64,000 bases of DNA from Podarcis cretensis (GCA_951804945.1 OX638154.1:22196001-22260000), one strand, 5' to 3'; counted from the first letter of the stretch, positions 12,189 through 24,289 are shown. Numbers and translations are program-made. The notes: generated by a model from the sequence alone, not told the origin.

Positions 12189-15100
12189 GTATTGTTGACA
12201 GGGGGAGGCATATTTGCATGGACTACCCTTGTGCACATAATGAAACACAGCATCACAAGTCCCCTGAAGTTCACCCTTTTAAATGTTCAAATGCTAATTC
12301 TTTCATAGTTCACAAAATATAAATGTCTGCATTGCAGCAAGATGTCTGAGGCAAGGAGAGACAGCAGTGTTGTTTCCAGATCAGACCAATCATGCTGCTC
12401 TTTCGAGAGCCTGAGCCAATAGAAACAAGATAGGTTAAAGATTGGCAAATACTGTAGCAAGGCTAAGAGAGGCCTTCTGGAAATTTCTCCCATCTTTGTT
12501 CCATCAAAGTAAAGCAAATTCAGCCAAACTGAGGAATTCCAATTAAAAAGAAATGTTTTTGCAAAATATAACAGTCACTTTTATGGATGTCATATCCTTA
12601 GAAGCACGGTGTGCCATCCCATCCCACCCTTTTTGAGCCAGGTGATGTTTTTGTCTTTAAACAACAGAGGGTGGGTAGATGAATACTTAAATCTTTTTGC
12701 CCAGACAGTACTGAATCTTGAAAGTTTTGTTGTTCACTGTAGTTTGTATGAAGCAACATAGCTGTGATTTGGTCTTCTGATAGAAAACAATAGTTTTGGC
12801 AATAAGGAAGTATTATAATTCCAATTTATTTATTTTTAGCAGCTACATATTTTTTAGCTTGGCCAGTATGAATATAATTCACCACCATTATTTAGACATC
12901 ATTCGGTTACTTTTGTAATTGACTCTGCAGAGAACAGAACCGAAAAACAAAGCGTTCTGGTTTAGAAAATAAAATAAAAACATTAGCTTTAAAAAGACCA
13001 CATGCCTTTCATTCTGAGTAGCAGTATTATTTTAGTTTTGAGCTAAATGGAAGTGGGTAAGCTTATTGATAGCATTTGACATTGCAGGGAAAGGAAAGGG
13101 TTCCTTATGTAAAGAGTCCAAAAAGGAATGCTTCTCCCCGCCCCCCCTTCAGCAGCTGCTTTGCTGACATTGGAAGAACCATATGCAAAAGAGTCCCTAG
13201 GATTTCCAACACATTTGTAAATTTAACATCTGTGTACATGAGCTTCTCTGTATAATGGCCACTCTCCCCCCTCCCTCGTTCAGAAAAGCAGCCATGTTTG
13301 TTTTATACCTGGCAAGAAATAAAAGAAATTCAATCCTCCCTAAGACAGGTGCTACTTTGTAGTCATCCGCTCTAGAGTGATAAGTCTCAGTGCCAGCTAT
13401 GCCCTAGATTCTGTTGAGCCAAGAGTATCAACTTAAAGAGCCCCAGATGGCATCTTGGTATTCTGGGAGCTGTGCTTGTACCAAATTCTCTACATAGCAC
13501 CACAAAATAGGTGCACTAGGCCTTAAGATTGGACTTTCAAAACCTGTTGTTAGAAACCAGGGCCCAATGTATTCCCCCCACAGAATCTGTTACATATAAG
13601 CTGAGGTTAACATATTTTGCTACAATCAGACATGTTTTTTCCCTTCAGTGATAACAATTTATTGTCAGAGCCCATGACGTTGAGTGATTCAAAATATGAT
13701 AAAAAGAAACCTTTATCTTGAGGTAATATTCACAGCACTAATCGAGTGTTGGTTGTGCACAAAGGAATATACTCAGTTATGTTTCCATATTTTGGAGGTG
13801 TTCAGCCAGAGTTGGCTTAGGCATGTCAGCTTCTCCATTGGATTGAGCTGTTAGTATTATAAGAAACCTATTATGCCATATAAGTATTAATTAAACAGTT
13901 GCTTGCAAGATCCTGTAATATGTGAACATTATTACCACTTTCTCATGCTTTTAAGGAAAAAGCACATTTAAAATGTATGTATGCATCTGGATATAAACTG
14001 CTTAATTTGTCTTGTACGTATTGTCAGTATTATTTAAATTTAATACACATTAGGCTTTTTGCAGGGTAGCTGGAGAAACATTTTCAGTGCTTGCACATGC
14101 AAACTGAAGCCAGCATCTAAAATGGAAGGATTTCCTTAGTAACCTGTGACTTCATAGAGCTCCCTGTCTTCTGAATTTTAGTTACACATTAGGTTGTCAG
14201 ATATCACTGTGTCATCTTTTACTATTTTTTCTGCTACCGAGGTGATTGCTTTGAATACAGTACTGCTGTTTAAACAAGGGACATAGTTATTGAATAAATT
14301 GCTACCATTTTAGCTTTCAGTATAGGAATGAGGCAATGCAGTGCTGCCAGACGCCATTTTAAGAATCCCTGCATAAATAGCATAGCTACCGATGAGTAAG
14401 AGACTGTTATAGGTGAGTGCTTATACACAGATGCTATTTATTCAGTAATGGCATGCAAAATACTTTGTCCAATTTCTTATTAAATGCAATTTCTGGACAT
14501 TTTATTTTATGATTGCTGCTCACAATCTGAGAGCAGCAATAATTACTTTGAAGCTAAAAATGAATTTAAATGTTTATGATGTTAAAACATTGTTTTTCAT
14601 TTAAATGAAATAGCTTCCAGAAATGTATAGTGCTTGAGATTAACTTAAATACAGTAATTTCCATAACTGATACTATTATATATGTGGGCAATATATTCTA
14701 GGTAGATTTCCATATCAGATTTCCTGGTTTAAATGTCAAGGTGCAGCAGTTCATCTACAACTTTTGATTGCTGTCTATAGTTAACCTAGGATAAGGGAAT
14801 ATGCAGATGTTTCTACATTCATATTTTTATTATTCAGGGTGTAATGAAATGATACTCTCTGAAGGATGTGTCTTATTTGTATAAATAAAAAAAACCTATA
14901 ATACCTTATGGAGGCAAATTGGAAATATGATTCTTTTTTTAGTTGTGATAAAGATAGATATGCCTCAAACCCATAGGGTATATTTGTGCTCATTTATAAC
15001 CCTCCTTTTTACTTCCCATCTCCCAGCTTCCCTGTAAAAATAAAGGAGGGGGAGAGCTTCCATTTGCAAATCATCTCTGTCATGCAAGTTAAAAAGTATA

Positions 15101-15737
15101 TGAGGAACAACTTTGTTTTGTTTTAACATTTGAGACTTAATTGAGTGTGTGTTACTGAACCTGATAAATGCTGTAGTTAATATAAATTTTAGTCAGTTAT
15201 GTTGTTGGCAAAGATTTCCTCACAGAAGTGCTCTCTTCAGTGTCTTTTTCTAAGAAAAGAATTCCCTCACAGAATATATATATTTGTGGTGGTAGAAACT
15301 TCAGTACTATTTGTGGTACACAGCTCTAGACTAGTATCTTCTTAAATGCACAGTAAAAGGCAAGAAATATCAGATTACTAAAATGAGCTGAATGAATTGT
15401 TGGTGAATGTGGTAGGAAAGATGTTGTATATTTACCCCTCAGTTTTTTACTGGTTTTCTTTAACATTTTCTTTAATATTTTCTTTCTGGTTACATTTCAT
15501 TTGATGTCAAAGTGCACCTCCATTTTTTTAAAAGCAAAAGAATAGAAAGGAGTATTGGGGAAAGAAAAAGCATTGCAAAAGTACTGAATCACAGCTGTTT
15601 GGGAAATGTTTTCTTTTGAGATTGCCTCTTTAAATCTTTTATTTAAACTGCTGGTGAGATGAATGAGATATTGTATTTAAACAGCCTGCAAACAATTCTT
15701 CTGGAGAATTAAAGGCTAGAACCTTAATTTTTTTAAA

Positions 15738-15947
15738 TAGAAACATAGGAAGCTGCAATGTACAGAGACAGATCATTGGTCTGTCCAGTTCATTGGTCCA
15801 TTTAGCTCAGTATTGTCTGCACTGACTGGCACTGATTCTCCAGGGTGTCAAAGTCTTTGCCAGCTCTACCTGGAGAGGCAAGTGATTGAATTTGGGACCT
15901 TTTCCATGCACAGTATGTTCTCCAATATGAGGTTTTGGCCCCTCCCC
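15738..15947 (-). mobile_element. Squam3-like tRNA-derived SINE (degenerate)
   Basis: Minus strand reads GGGGAGGGGCC...AAGGTCCCAAATTCAATC (tRNA-like head), then ...GACAATACTGAGCTAAATGGACCAATG...GCAGCTTCCTATGTTTCTA tail. Confidence 0.7.
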
Positions 15948-16019
15948 AGGTATTTAGGATTTGGAAAGCTGCTATAATTCAGAAGAGTATCACAAAAATC
16001 CTGACTTCAAGAAGCCAGC

Positions 16020-16067
<48 letters not shown>

Positions 16068-19000
16068 TTATTATTTGTACCCCGCCCATCTGGCTGGGTT
16101 TCCCCAGCCACTCTGGGCGGCTTCCAACAGAGATGAAAAATACACTAAAATGTCACATATTAAAAACTTCCCTGAACAGGGCTGCCTTCAGATGTTTTCT
16201 GAATGTCAGGTAGTTGTCCATCGCCTTGACATCCGATGGGAGGGCATTCCACAGGGCGGGCGCCACCACCGAGAAGGCCCTCTGCCTGGTTCCCTGCAAC
16301 TTGGCCTCTCGCAGTGAGGGAACCGCCAGAAGGCCCTCGGAGCTGGACCTCAGTGTCCAGGCAGACCGATGGGGGAGGAGACGCTCCTTCAGATATACTG
16401 GACCGAGGCCATTTAGGGCTTTAAAGGTCAGCACCAACACTTTGAATTGTGCTCGGAAACGTACTGGGAGCCAATGTAGGTCTTTCAAGACCGGTGTTAT
16501 ATGGTCTCGGTGGCCGCTCCCAGTCACCAGTCTAGCTGCCGCATTCTGGATTAGTTGTAGTTTCCGGGTCACCTTCAAAGGTAGCCCCATGTAGAGCGCA
16601 TTGCAGTAGTCCAAGCGGGAGATAACCAGAGCATGTACCACTCTGGCGAGACAGTCTGCAGGCAGATAGGGTCTCAGCCTACGTACCAGATGGAGCTGGT
16701 AAACAGCTGCCCTGGATACAGATTAGACCTGTGCCTCCATGGACAGCTGTGAGTCCAAAATGACTCCCAGGCTGCGCACCTGGTCCTTCAGGGGCACAGT
16801 TACCCCATTCAGGACCAGGGAATCCTCCACACCTGCCCGCCTCCTGTCCCCCAAAAACAGTACTTCTGTCTTGTCAGGATTCAACCTCAATCTGTTAGCC
16901 GCCATCCATCCTCCAACCGCTTCCAGACACTCACACAGGACCTTTACCGCCTTCACTGGTTCTGATTTAAAAGAGAGGTAGAGCTGGGTATCATCTGCAT
17001 ACTGATGAACACCCAGCCCAAACCTCCTGATGATCCCTCCCAGCGGCTGCATGTAGATGTTGAAAAGCATGGGGGAGAGGACAGAACCCTGAGGCACCCC
17101 ACAAGTGAGAGCCCAGGGGTCTGAACACTCATCCCCCACCACCACTTTCTGAACACGGCCCAGGAGGAAGGAGCGGAACCACTGTATGACAGTGCCCCCA
17201 GCTCCCAGCCCCTCAAGACGGTCCAGAAGGATGTCATGGTCGATGGTATCAAACGCCGCTGAGAGATCCAGCAGAACTAGGAAACAGCTCTCACCTTTGT
17301 CCCTAGCCCGCCGGAGATCATCAACCAGTGCGACCAAGGCAGTTTCAGTCCCATGATGAGGCCTGAATCCCGACTGGAAGGGATCCAAATGGTCCGCTTC
17401 TTCCAGGCGTGCCTGGAGTTGTTCAGCAACCACTCGCTCAATCACCTTGCCCAAGAATGGAAGGTTTGAGACTGGGCGATAATTGGCCATCGTGGCAGCA
17501 TCTAGAGATGGTTTTTTAAGAAGCGGTTTAATAACCGCCTCTTTCAGCGGGTCTGGGAAGGCTCCCTCACGGAGGGAAGCATTCACCACCCCACGAAGCC
17601 CATCGCCCAGTCCTTCCCGGCTAGCTTTTATAAGCCAGGATGGGCAAGGATCCAGGAGACAGGTGGTTGGCTTCACTCGTCCAAGCAGCCTGTCCACATC
17701 CTCGGAGGTAACAGATTGGAATTGATCCCACACAACTTGACCAGACAGGACTCTAGCACTCTCCCGCCCCGGCCCTGCTCCCACGGTGGAGTCTACTTCT
17801 TCCCGAATCTGAGCGATTTTATCTGCAAAAAAATTTGCAAAATCATTGCAGGAGAACCTGTGGCCCGTACTGGGCCCCGATGTTACAGGTGGTTCCGCTA
17901 AATTGTGAACCACCTGAAAGAGTCTCCTGCTGCTGTTTTCTGCAGATGCAATAGAGGCGGTGAAGAAAGTCTTCTTCGCCGTCGCTATCGCCACTTGGTA
18001 GGCTCGACGTTGAGCTCTAACCTGTGTCCGGTCAGATTCAGAATGGGTTATCCGCCACCGGCGCTCTAGCCGTCTCAACGATTGTTTCATTGCCCTCAGA
18101 TCCGTGGAAAACCACGGGGCTCTCCGGGCTCCATGCAATCGGAGAGGGCGCTTCGGAGCCAAACAGTCAATAGCCCTGGTTAACTCCACATTCCAGCGGG
18201 CCACCAGGGAATCGGCTGAAAGGCCATCAACATGGGATAAAGCATTCCCTACCACTCTCTGGAAACCATTTGGATCCATTAAGTGGCGGGGCGGACCATC
18301 CGAATTGGTCCCACCTCCCTGCAGAGGGGATGGGTCGCAGAGAAGTCCAGTTGCACCAGGAAGTGGTCTGACCATGGCACTTCTTTCGTTTCACTTTTAC
18401 TTAGGGTCAGATCACCAACATCCGTAGAGGTAAACACCAGGTCCAAGGCATGTCCGCAGCTATGGGTTGGGCCAGACTTATTCAGGGACAGCCCCATGGA
18501 GGCCATGCTTTCCACGAAGTCCCGAGCGGCCCCTTGTAAGGTCGTGTCGGCATGGATGTTAAAATCCCCTAGGACGACCAAGCTAGGTGTCTCCAGGAGA
18601 ACATCCGCCACGACCTGAAGCAGCTCGGGCAGGGAATCCTTGGTGCAGTGGGGAGGTCGGTACACCAAAAGGAATCCTGTACTGCCCCTATTGCCCAACT
18701 TCCAGAACATGCACTCAGAAAACTGGGTCTTCCCAATAGGACGCCTGGTGCAAACTAATGACTTCCTAAAAATCACTGCAACCCCCCCTCCCCGCCCACA
18801 TGACCTGGGTTGCTGTGCGTAAGAGAAACCTGGTGGACAAGCAGCGGCAAGGACAGGCCCATCTGCTTCATCCAACCAAGTCTCTGTTACACATGCCAGG
18901 TCAAGTCCTTCATCCATGATCAAGTCATGGATGGCAGTGGTCTTATGAATCATTGACCTGGCATTGCACAGCAACACTTTCAGGTCATGTGGGTATCCCT

Positions 19001-19631
19001 TGCTGATTCTAGTATTCATCCGGTCAGGGCCAGACCCGGAGTCAGGGATAGTCTTCAAACAACGACTAAACCTGCCTCCTCGGTAATGACATGGTCTGGT
19101 CTTAGCGTAACTCATCCTCCTACCCGTGATAACTGAGATCGGTTGTCCCAGTGCATTCCCCCCTGTGAAACATATCCCAGCCATTTTGTGGGCTGGGGCC
19201 CATTCCCCGGCAGCCCTGACCCCTCCCCTTAAGAACAAAATAACCCCTTTAAAAAACAAAAAAACAACAACAACACAAATAAAACAATACAAACAAAAAA
19301 CAATAAAAATTATAAAAATTACAAAAACATAAAATCAAACAAATTCCCAGGCCCAATAAACATCCACCCCACCCCACCCCACCCCACATACAAAAAATTC
19401 AAAATAAAAATTTTAAAACATTTTAAAAGCACTCTGCACCCCTCCAGCAGTAACAGCAACTGTCCTAGTGAGGCCCGTCAGGCCCTGCCCTGGGCCAGAT
19501 GGTGAGTGGCAGGAAGGAGCAGGGCCCCATACACTCACACAGGAGAGTCCTCCTGGGCAGCAGAGTCCAGCAGTCCTTATGAGGCTTCAGGCCCCGCCCC
19601 AGGCCAGATGGTGAGTGGCAGGAAGGAGCAG
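16020..19631 (-). mobile_element. Young L2-clade LINE, complete ORF2 (APE plus RT) disabled by one frameshift and one stop
   Basis: APE motifs (LLCNARS, CVTETWL, LLVYRPP, VLGDFN, WSDH) in 18279-19292. RT motifs (QSGFR, LDLSAAFDT, GVPQGSVLSP, YADD) in 16723-18375. C-terminus in 16153-16641. 3' stem-loop and (TTA)n tail at 16020-16122. Confidence 0.93.
16153..19292 (-). pseudogene. L2 ORF2 (endonuclease-reverse transcriptase), disrupted
   Basis: Frameshift near 18285 (VRPAT* versus PRHLMDP). In-frame TAA at 16723-16725; the downstream ORF continues in the same frame. Confidence 0.88.
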
Positions 19632-20560
19632 TCTTAAGTTACACTGTCTTAAGTTAAAACAGTGTAAATTACCCCATTCCTAACTCTGTTCAAGAGCAGG
19701 GCTGCTGCCAGCTGAGCTGGCCTAAGACTGGCAGTGGGAAAACAGAAATAGAATTTGAGTTACACCAGTATGCCACCCCTTTTGATGTTATAGGTTTGGC
19801 GCGGTCACCAGCTCTTGTGACCAAGCGCAACGGTGTTAACATTCTGCCCACCACACCCCAAAACACCCATTTTAAAGGGCTTATGCTCGTGGAAGATATA
19901 CCAGTCTCAGTTCAGCCAGCATAGTCAGTTTGAGGGAGTTATGCCAGTGTATCTCTGGCTAAACCAGAATGTGGGGCATATGCCAACATGGCCTGGTTGA
20001 GCTGGAGATCCTCTGGATCCTCACTTAACCATCCCAGCGAACCTTGGGTTTGGAACGTTCCTTAAATTACATATAGTGTGATTAAAATTAAAATGGAAGG
20101 TTATTCTCTATGTACAAAATTTCACCGCTATAACCCCAGTTGATAAGTGGAACGAGTGTGTGTTTATAGCTGTCAGAAAATGCAGGGATATTCTAGCCCC
20201 ATAATGCAAAACCATTGTGACAATTGGTAAATGTATATCTGTATAATGTTTCGCTGATCTTGGGATCCTGATAGAGTAGTGTATATAACAGAGATGTGAA
20301 GTCAAATCTATGGTCCTATCCTTAATCTATTTACAAAAAAGTATTCTGTTTTCGATGTAATTAATTACCACTAAAATGTGTTAACTGTTGTCTTGCACAA
20401 TTTTAGAAAATTTAGAAATTTCAGAACTGTGGGGCATTTGGAAGAGCAGCAGAGAAGAGGCAGAAGTAATTTATTGTATCTATGTTTGTCATGCCTGCAA
20501 AGAGAATAGTATCTTATCTGCAAATATGTAGATAGAAATTAGCTCAGACTATTCTAAATA

Positions 20561-21106
20561 CTGTATGTTTTGCCCTATAGGACACACTTTTCCCCCTCCA
20601 AAAATGAAGGGGAAATGTGTGTGCGTCCTATGGGGCAAATGCAGGCTTTCGCTGAAGCCTGGAGAGTGAGAAGGGTCGGTGCGCACCGACCCCTCTCACT
20701 CTCCAGGCTTAAGGAAGCTATCCGCAAGCCATGGGAGCCCGGCGCAAAATCGCGCAGCTCTCCCATGGCTTGCGGAGAGCTGCCTGCATCCTGAAGCCTG
20801 GGGCGCGCTGAGTTCAGCGCGCCCCAGGCTTCGAGCTTCGCGCAGCTCTCGGCAAGCCATGGGAGAACTGCGCGACTTTGGGCAGATATCCACAAGCCTG
20901 GGGAGACCGGCGCAACTTCCCGCCGGGCTCCCTAGGCTTGCGGATAGCAGCCTGTTCTGGGGGCAGGGGTTGGGGGAAGCTCGGGCTTCCCCCGCCCTAG
21001 CCCCGCGCCGGGGGGGGGGAATATTTTTTTTCCTTTATTCCCCCCCTAAAAAAAAAACCTAGGTGCACCCTATGGGCCAGTGCGCCCTATGGGGCGAAAA
21101 ATACAG
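20561..21106. mobile_element. Tc2/pogo-type non-autonomous DNA transposon (MITE), TA TSD
   Basis: TA|CTGTATGTTTTGCCCTATAGG ... CCCTATGGGGCGAAAAATACAG|TA; GC-rich interior; same family as 55796-56296. Confidence 0.8.
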
Positions 21107-21161
21107 TACTTTGAAAAAGATTTTTGACAGTTGACTCTTAAAGAATTAATTAGGGCATTGT

Positions 21162-21474
21162 ACGCGGGTGGCGCTGTGGGTTAAACCACAGAGCCTAGGA
21201 CTTACCGATCAGAAGGTCGGCGGTTCGAATCGCCGTGACGTGGTGAGCTCCCATTGCTCGGTTCCTGCAAGCAAATAAATAGGTACCACTCCGGCGGGAA
21301 GGTAAACGGTGTTTCTGTGCGCTGCTCTGGTTCTCCAGAAGCGGCTTAGTCATGCTGGCCACATGACCTGGAAGCTGTATGTTGGCTCCCTCGGCCAATA
21401 AAGCGAGATGAGCACCGCAACCCCAGAGTCGGCCACGACGACCTAATGGTCAGGGATCCCTTTACCTTTACCTT
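21162..21474 (+). mobile_element. Sauria SINE
   Basis: Head ACGCGGGTGGCGCTGTGG with B-box GGTTCGAATC and an (ACCTTT)n tail; homologous to 25806-26175. Confidence 0.88.
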
Positions 21475-21485
21475 ACAGATCATTA

Positions 21486-21657
21486 AAACAAAATAAAAAA
21501 ATTCCTTCCATGTATCTGAAGTGTGTATCTGAAGAAGTGTGCATGCACACGAAAGCTCATACCAAGAACTAACTTAGTTGGTCTTTAAGGTGCTACTGGA
21601 AGGATTTTTTTTATTTTGTTTTGACTATGGCAGACCAACACGGCTACCTATCTGTAA
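21486..21657 (+). mobile_element. Penelope-like element pseudo-LTR fragment with a partial inverted copy and 14-bp flanking direct repeat
   Basis: CTTACAGATCATTA occurs at 21472 and 21658. Inverted repeat 21485-21510 / 21597-21622. Contains a hammerhead core and ends CAGACCAACACGGCTACCTATCTG. Confidence 0.8.
21525..21562 (+). ncRNA. Minimal type-I hammerhead ribozyme (Penelope-associated)
   Basis: GTAT-CTGAAGA(A)-GTGTG CATG CACAC-GAAA-GC-TC^ATAC: stem I, catalytic boxes CUGANGA and GAAA, stem II, palindromic AGCU stem III, and a UH cleavage site after 21558. Confidence 0.8.
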
Positions 21658-21789
21658 CTTACAGATCATTAGTTGCTTAAAAACAAGGAGCAGATGGGCA
21701 TTGCTTGAGGCTTAAGTGACTTTGGTGGCGTGGAGTGGCCCACCTATGCTCCAATGTGGACACAAAGAGCCTAGTTTCTGTTTTCTACA

Positions 21790-22175
21790 CTCTGGTAATC
21801 TCTATGTTAATTACTTCAATCTATTGCACTTGGGGCTGCCTTTGAAGATCGTTTGGGAACTGCAGGTAGTATAGAATTCAGCTTCCTGGATGCTCACCAG
21901 GACAATATGTATGGTGTGAGAACATAACACTAATCTTGGTCTGTCTGCACTGGCTTCCAATTAGTTTCTCGGCCAATTTCAAAGTGCTGGTTTTGACCTA
22001 TAGAATGTTGTGTAGCTCAGGACCACAAGGACCAGCTGTCTCCATATAAACCAACCCAGACCCTGCAATTGTCATCTGAGACCCTTCTCCATGTGCCACC
22101 TCCACAGGAGGCCCATAAAGTGGCAACACAAGAATTAACCTTTTTAGTAGCTGCTCTCTTATGGAATGTTCTTCC
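21790..22175 (+). mobile_element. Old L2 ORF2 C-terminal fragment
   Basis: Degenerate homology to the LVISRLDYCNALYMGLPLK...LHWLPV.FRAQFKVLVLT segment of the young L2 at 16153-16641. Confidence 0.7.
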
Positions 22176-24289
22176 TAGGGCACCATCATTAAAAGATTAG
22201 ACAATTTCTACAGGACAGATTTGATAGCCATTAGACATGATAGTTAATAATGGGAACTTCCAGTTCATATGTGGTATATATTGATTACTAAGTGCAAGAG
22301 GTGATCAAAGAGAGAATGACTATTGCCATCATGTCTTCAGTGGCCACCTTTAGGCATTTGTCTTTAGGCATGGTTTACATGGTTTATAAAGCCATGGGTG
22401 CAAAGACTTCTCTCACTCCTCTTTTCCCCACTGTGCACTAGGTTCAATGTGGAAATCCATTAAGCCAGAGTTACCCATTTTGCCAGAAACTGGGAGCTCT
22501 GGCTTAATGTCATTTAACACACTGGGCTAATAAGGCATGAATTATGAAGCCATGGATGATTGCCTTTTGTGAGCTTCCCAGAGACATATGGCCAACTGTT
22601 TTTAGAAACAGAATGCAGGGCCTTGAATTCTTGTTATTTCATGACCTTAAGTATTCCTGCTGTGTCCTATTTGAACCTCTGCCATCCAATCATTTATATT
22701 CCATATTATTCTGGTTGGTGGCAACTGGGCAGGTTTCACAGGTATTGGCAGCTCCTATGAGTCTCAGACATTTGGAGAGCCATAAGACAATTTCCTGCTT
22801 TTTGACTGAAGCATATTGCAGTAAGAATAAACTCCCATGTTTCCCCTCAGCTATGGAGACAAACTGGACTTGTATAACCAAAGCCTGGAAAGCAGGGAAG
22901 GGGTGGTTTTTCCAAGTTGTGTCTGCCAGGGTTTTTAGTTCATCACCAGAGCAGATCTAAGGCTTGAGGAAGTTGTCCGTATAAATTGATACTTCTGTTT
23001 CTGGTTTCTGTTTCTGAGTTCCTGGTGTTGTGCCTGGCACTGGATGAACAGGACAGATTAGGGATTGCGTTTGCTCCTTGCTCCCGACAGTCTCCCCGCC
23101 TGAGCATCTGGGACGTGGTGTTGAGATTCTCCAGGCTGTCAGTCCTGAGGTATTTTAACATCCAAGCTGAGGCTGCTGTTTCTGGGGCAGCTCAAGACTT
23201 CACAGGGTTGTCCCAACTTGTCTTCAGCCCAACACAGGTGATCACACACCGGACCTGATTTTCTTGGTGGGGTAGGAAGAGAGTGATCTGAAGGTGATCA
23301 CTTTTGATACCATTTCCTTGGCATGATCAGCTCACCTGTTGAGGTTCAGATTAACAGTAACTTTCCCCCTCTGTTAGAATGGTCTGCCTTAATGTATCCT
23401 ATTAGTTTTCTGTTGGCTCTGGGGTCTTCTTCAGATGACAGGGTCTTGCGACCATATCAAAGATCTGGTCAGTCTGACGGATATAGAAATGATCCAGGCA
23501 GATGACATGATTGCTCCTGAGTATTTTCTTCCATTTAGCCAAGCCTGGAGTGGCACTGTGATATACCACAAAGCAGAAGGCAGTGATACCAGTTGGAAAA
23601 CAGCTAGAATGCAAGTGGAGAAAGTCTCCAAGCAATATAATTGAACTCAAGTGCATGCTCGTATAGTGTTAGAAACTGAGATATGAAAGCTAGGAGCTAA
23701 ATGGCACCCTAAACCTAGGTTATGGGCGCAAAAACAAAATGTCTAGACACACATGTTTATAAGAACACCACAAAGCTGAAAATGAATGAACTACAGCTAA
23801 AATATGCATTTTTCACATGGTCTAATCTTTTCCCTGATTACCCTCCTAATATTCTTAAGAGGGGTCTCTTCTCCAGTCTTCAGAGACTAGCTAGGAGTGG
23901 GGAGACAGAAAAAGGTCCTACTTTCCTTCCACTCTGCAGTTTTAATCTGAAATCTTAGGTGCAGTATTGTGCCCAGAGCTCAGAAACTGCTCGCACTTAG
24001 GAAGTTCCCTGTTGAGCCTGCTTTGTGGTGGAAAGCATCAAGGAAGAGTTGCTTCTCTGCCTCCATTGCACCCTTGGTGTCATGTTCAGTGGAGCTTTAT
24101 AGAGTAGTACAGTATGGAGCTTGTACACACTGGCTGAAAGGAAGTGGTAGAACACATAGTAGTCTGCATTGACTTTTTGCAAGGCTTTTGAGAATAAAAT
24201 TGCTTGTATTCATGGGGACCTAGACTCTAATATTGTAGCGGATCAGTAGTACCTTGTGCTATCAGGTCAGTTGTTGGAAAATTTGTTTC

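Noticed and set aside
20570-21062. GC-rich ORFs or apparent CpG island (also 55734-56385)
   Set aside because: Entirely within TIR-bounded MITEs.
21162-21240. tRNA-like A/B boxes (also 25806 and 15947)
   Set aside because: SINE heads, not cloverleaf tRNA genes.
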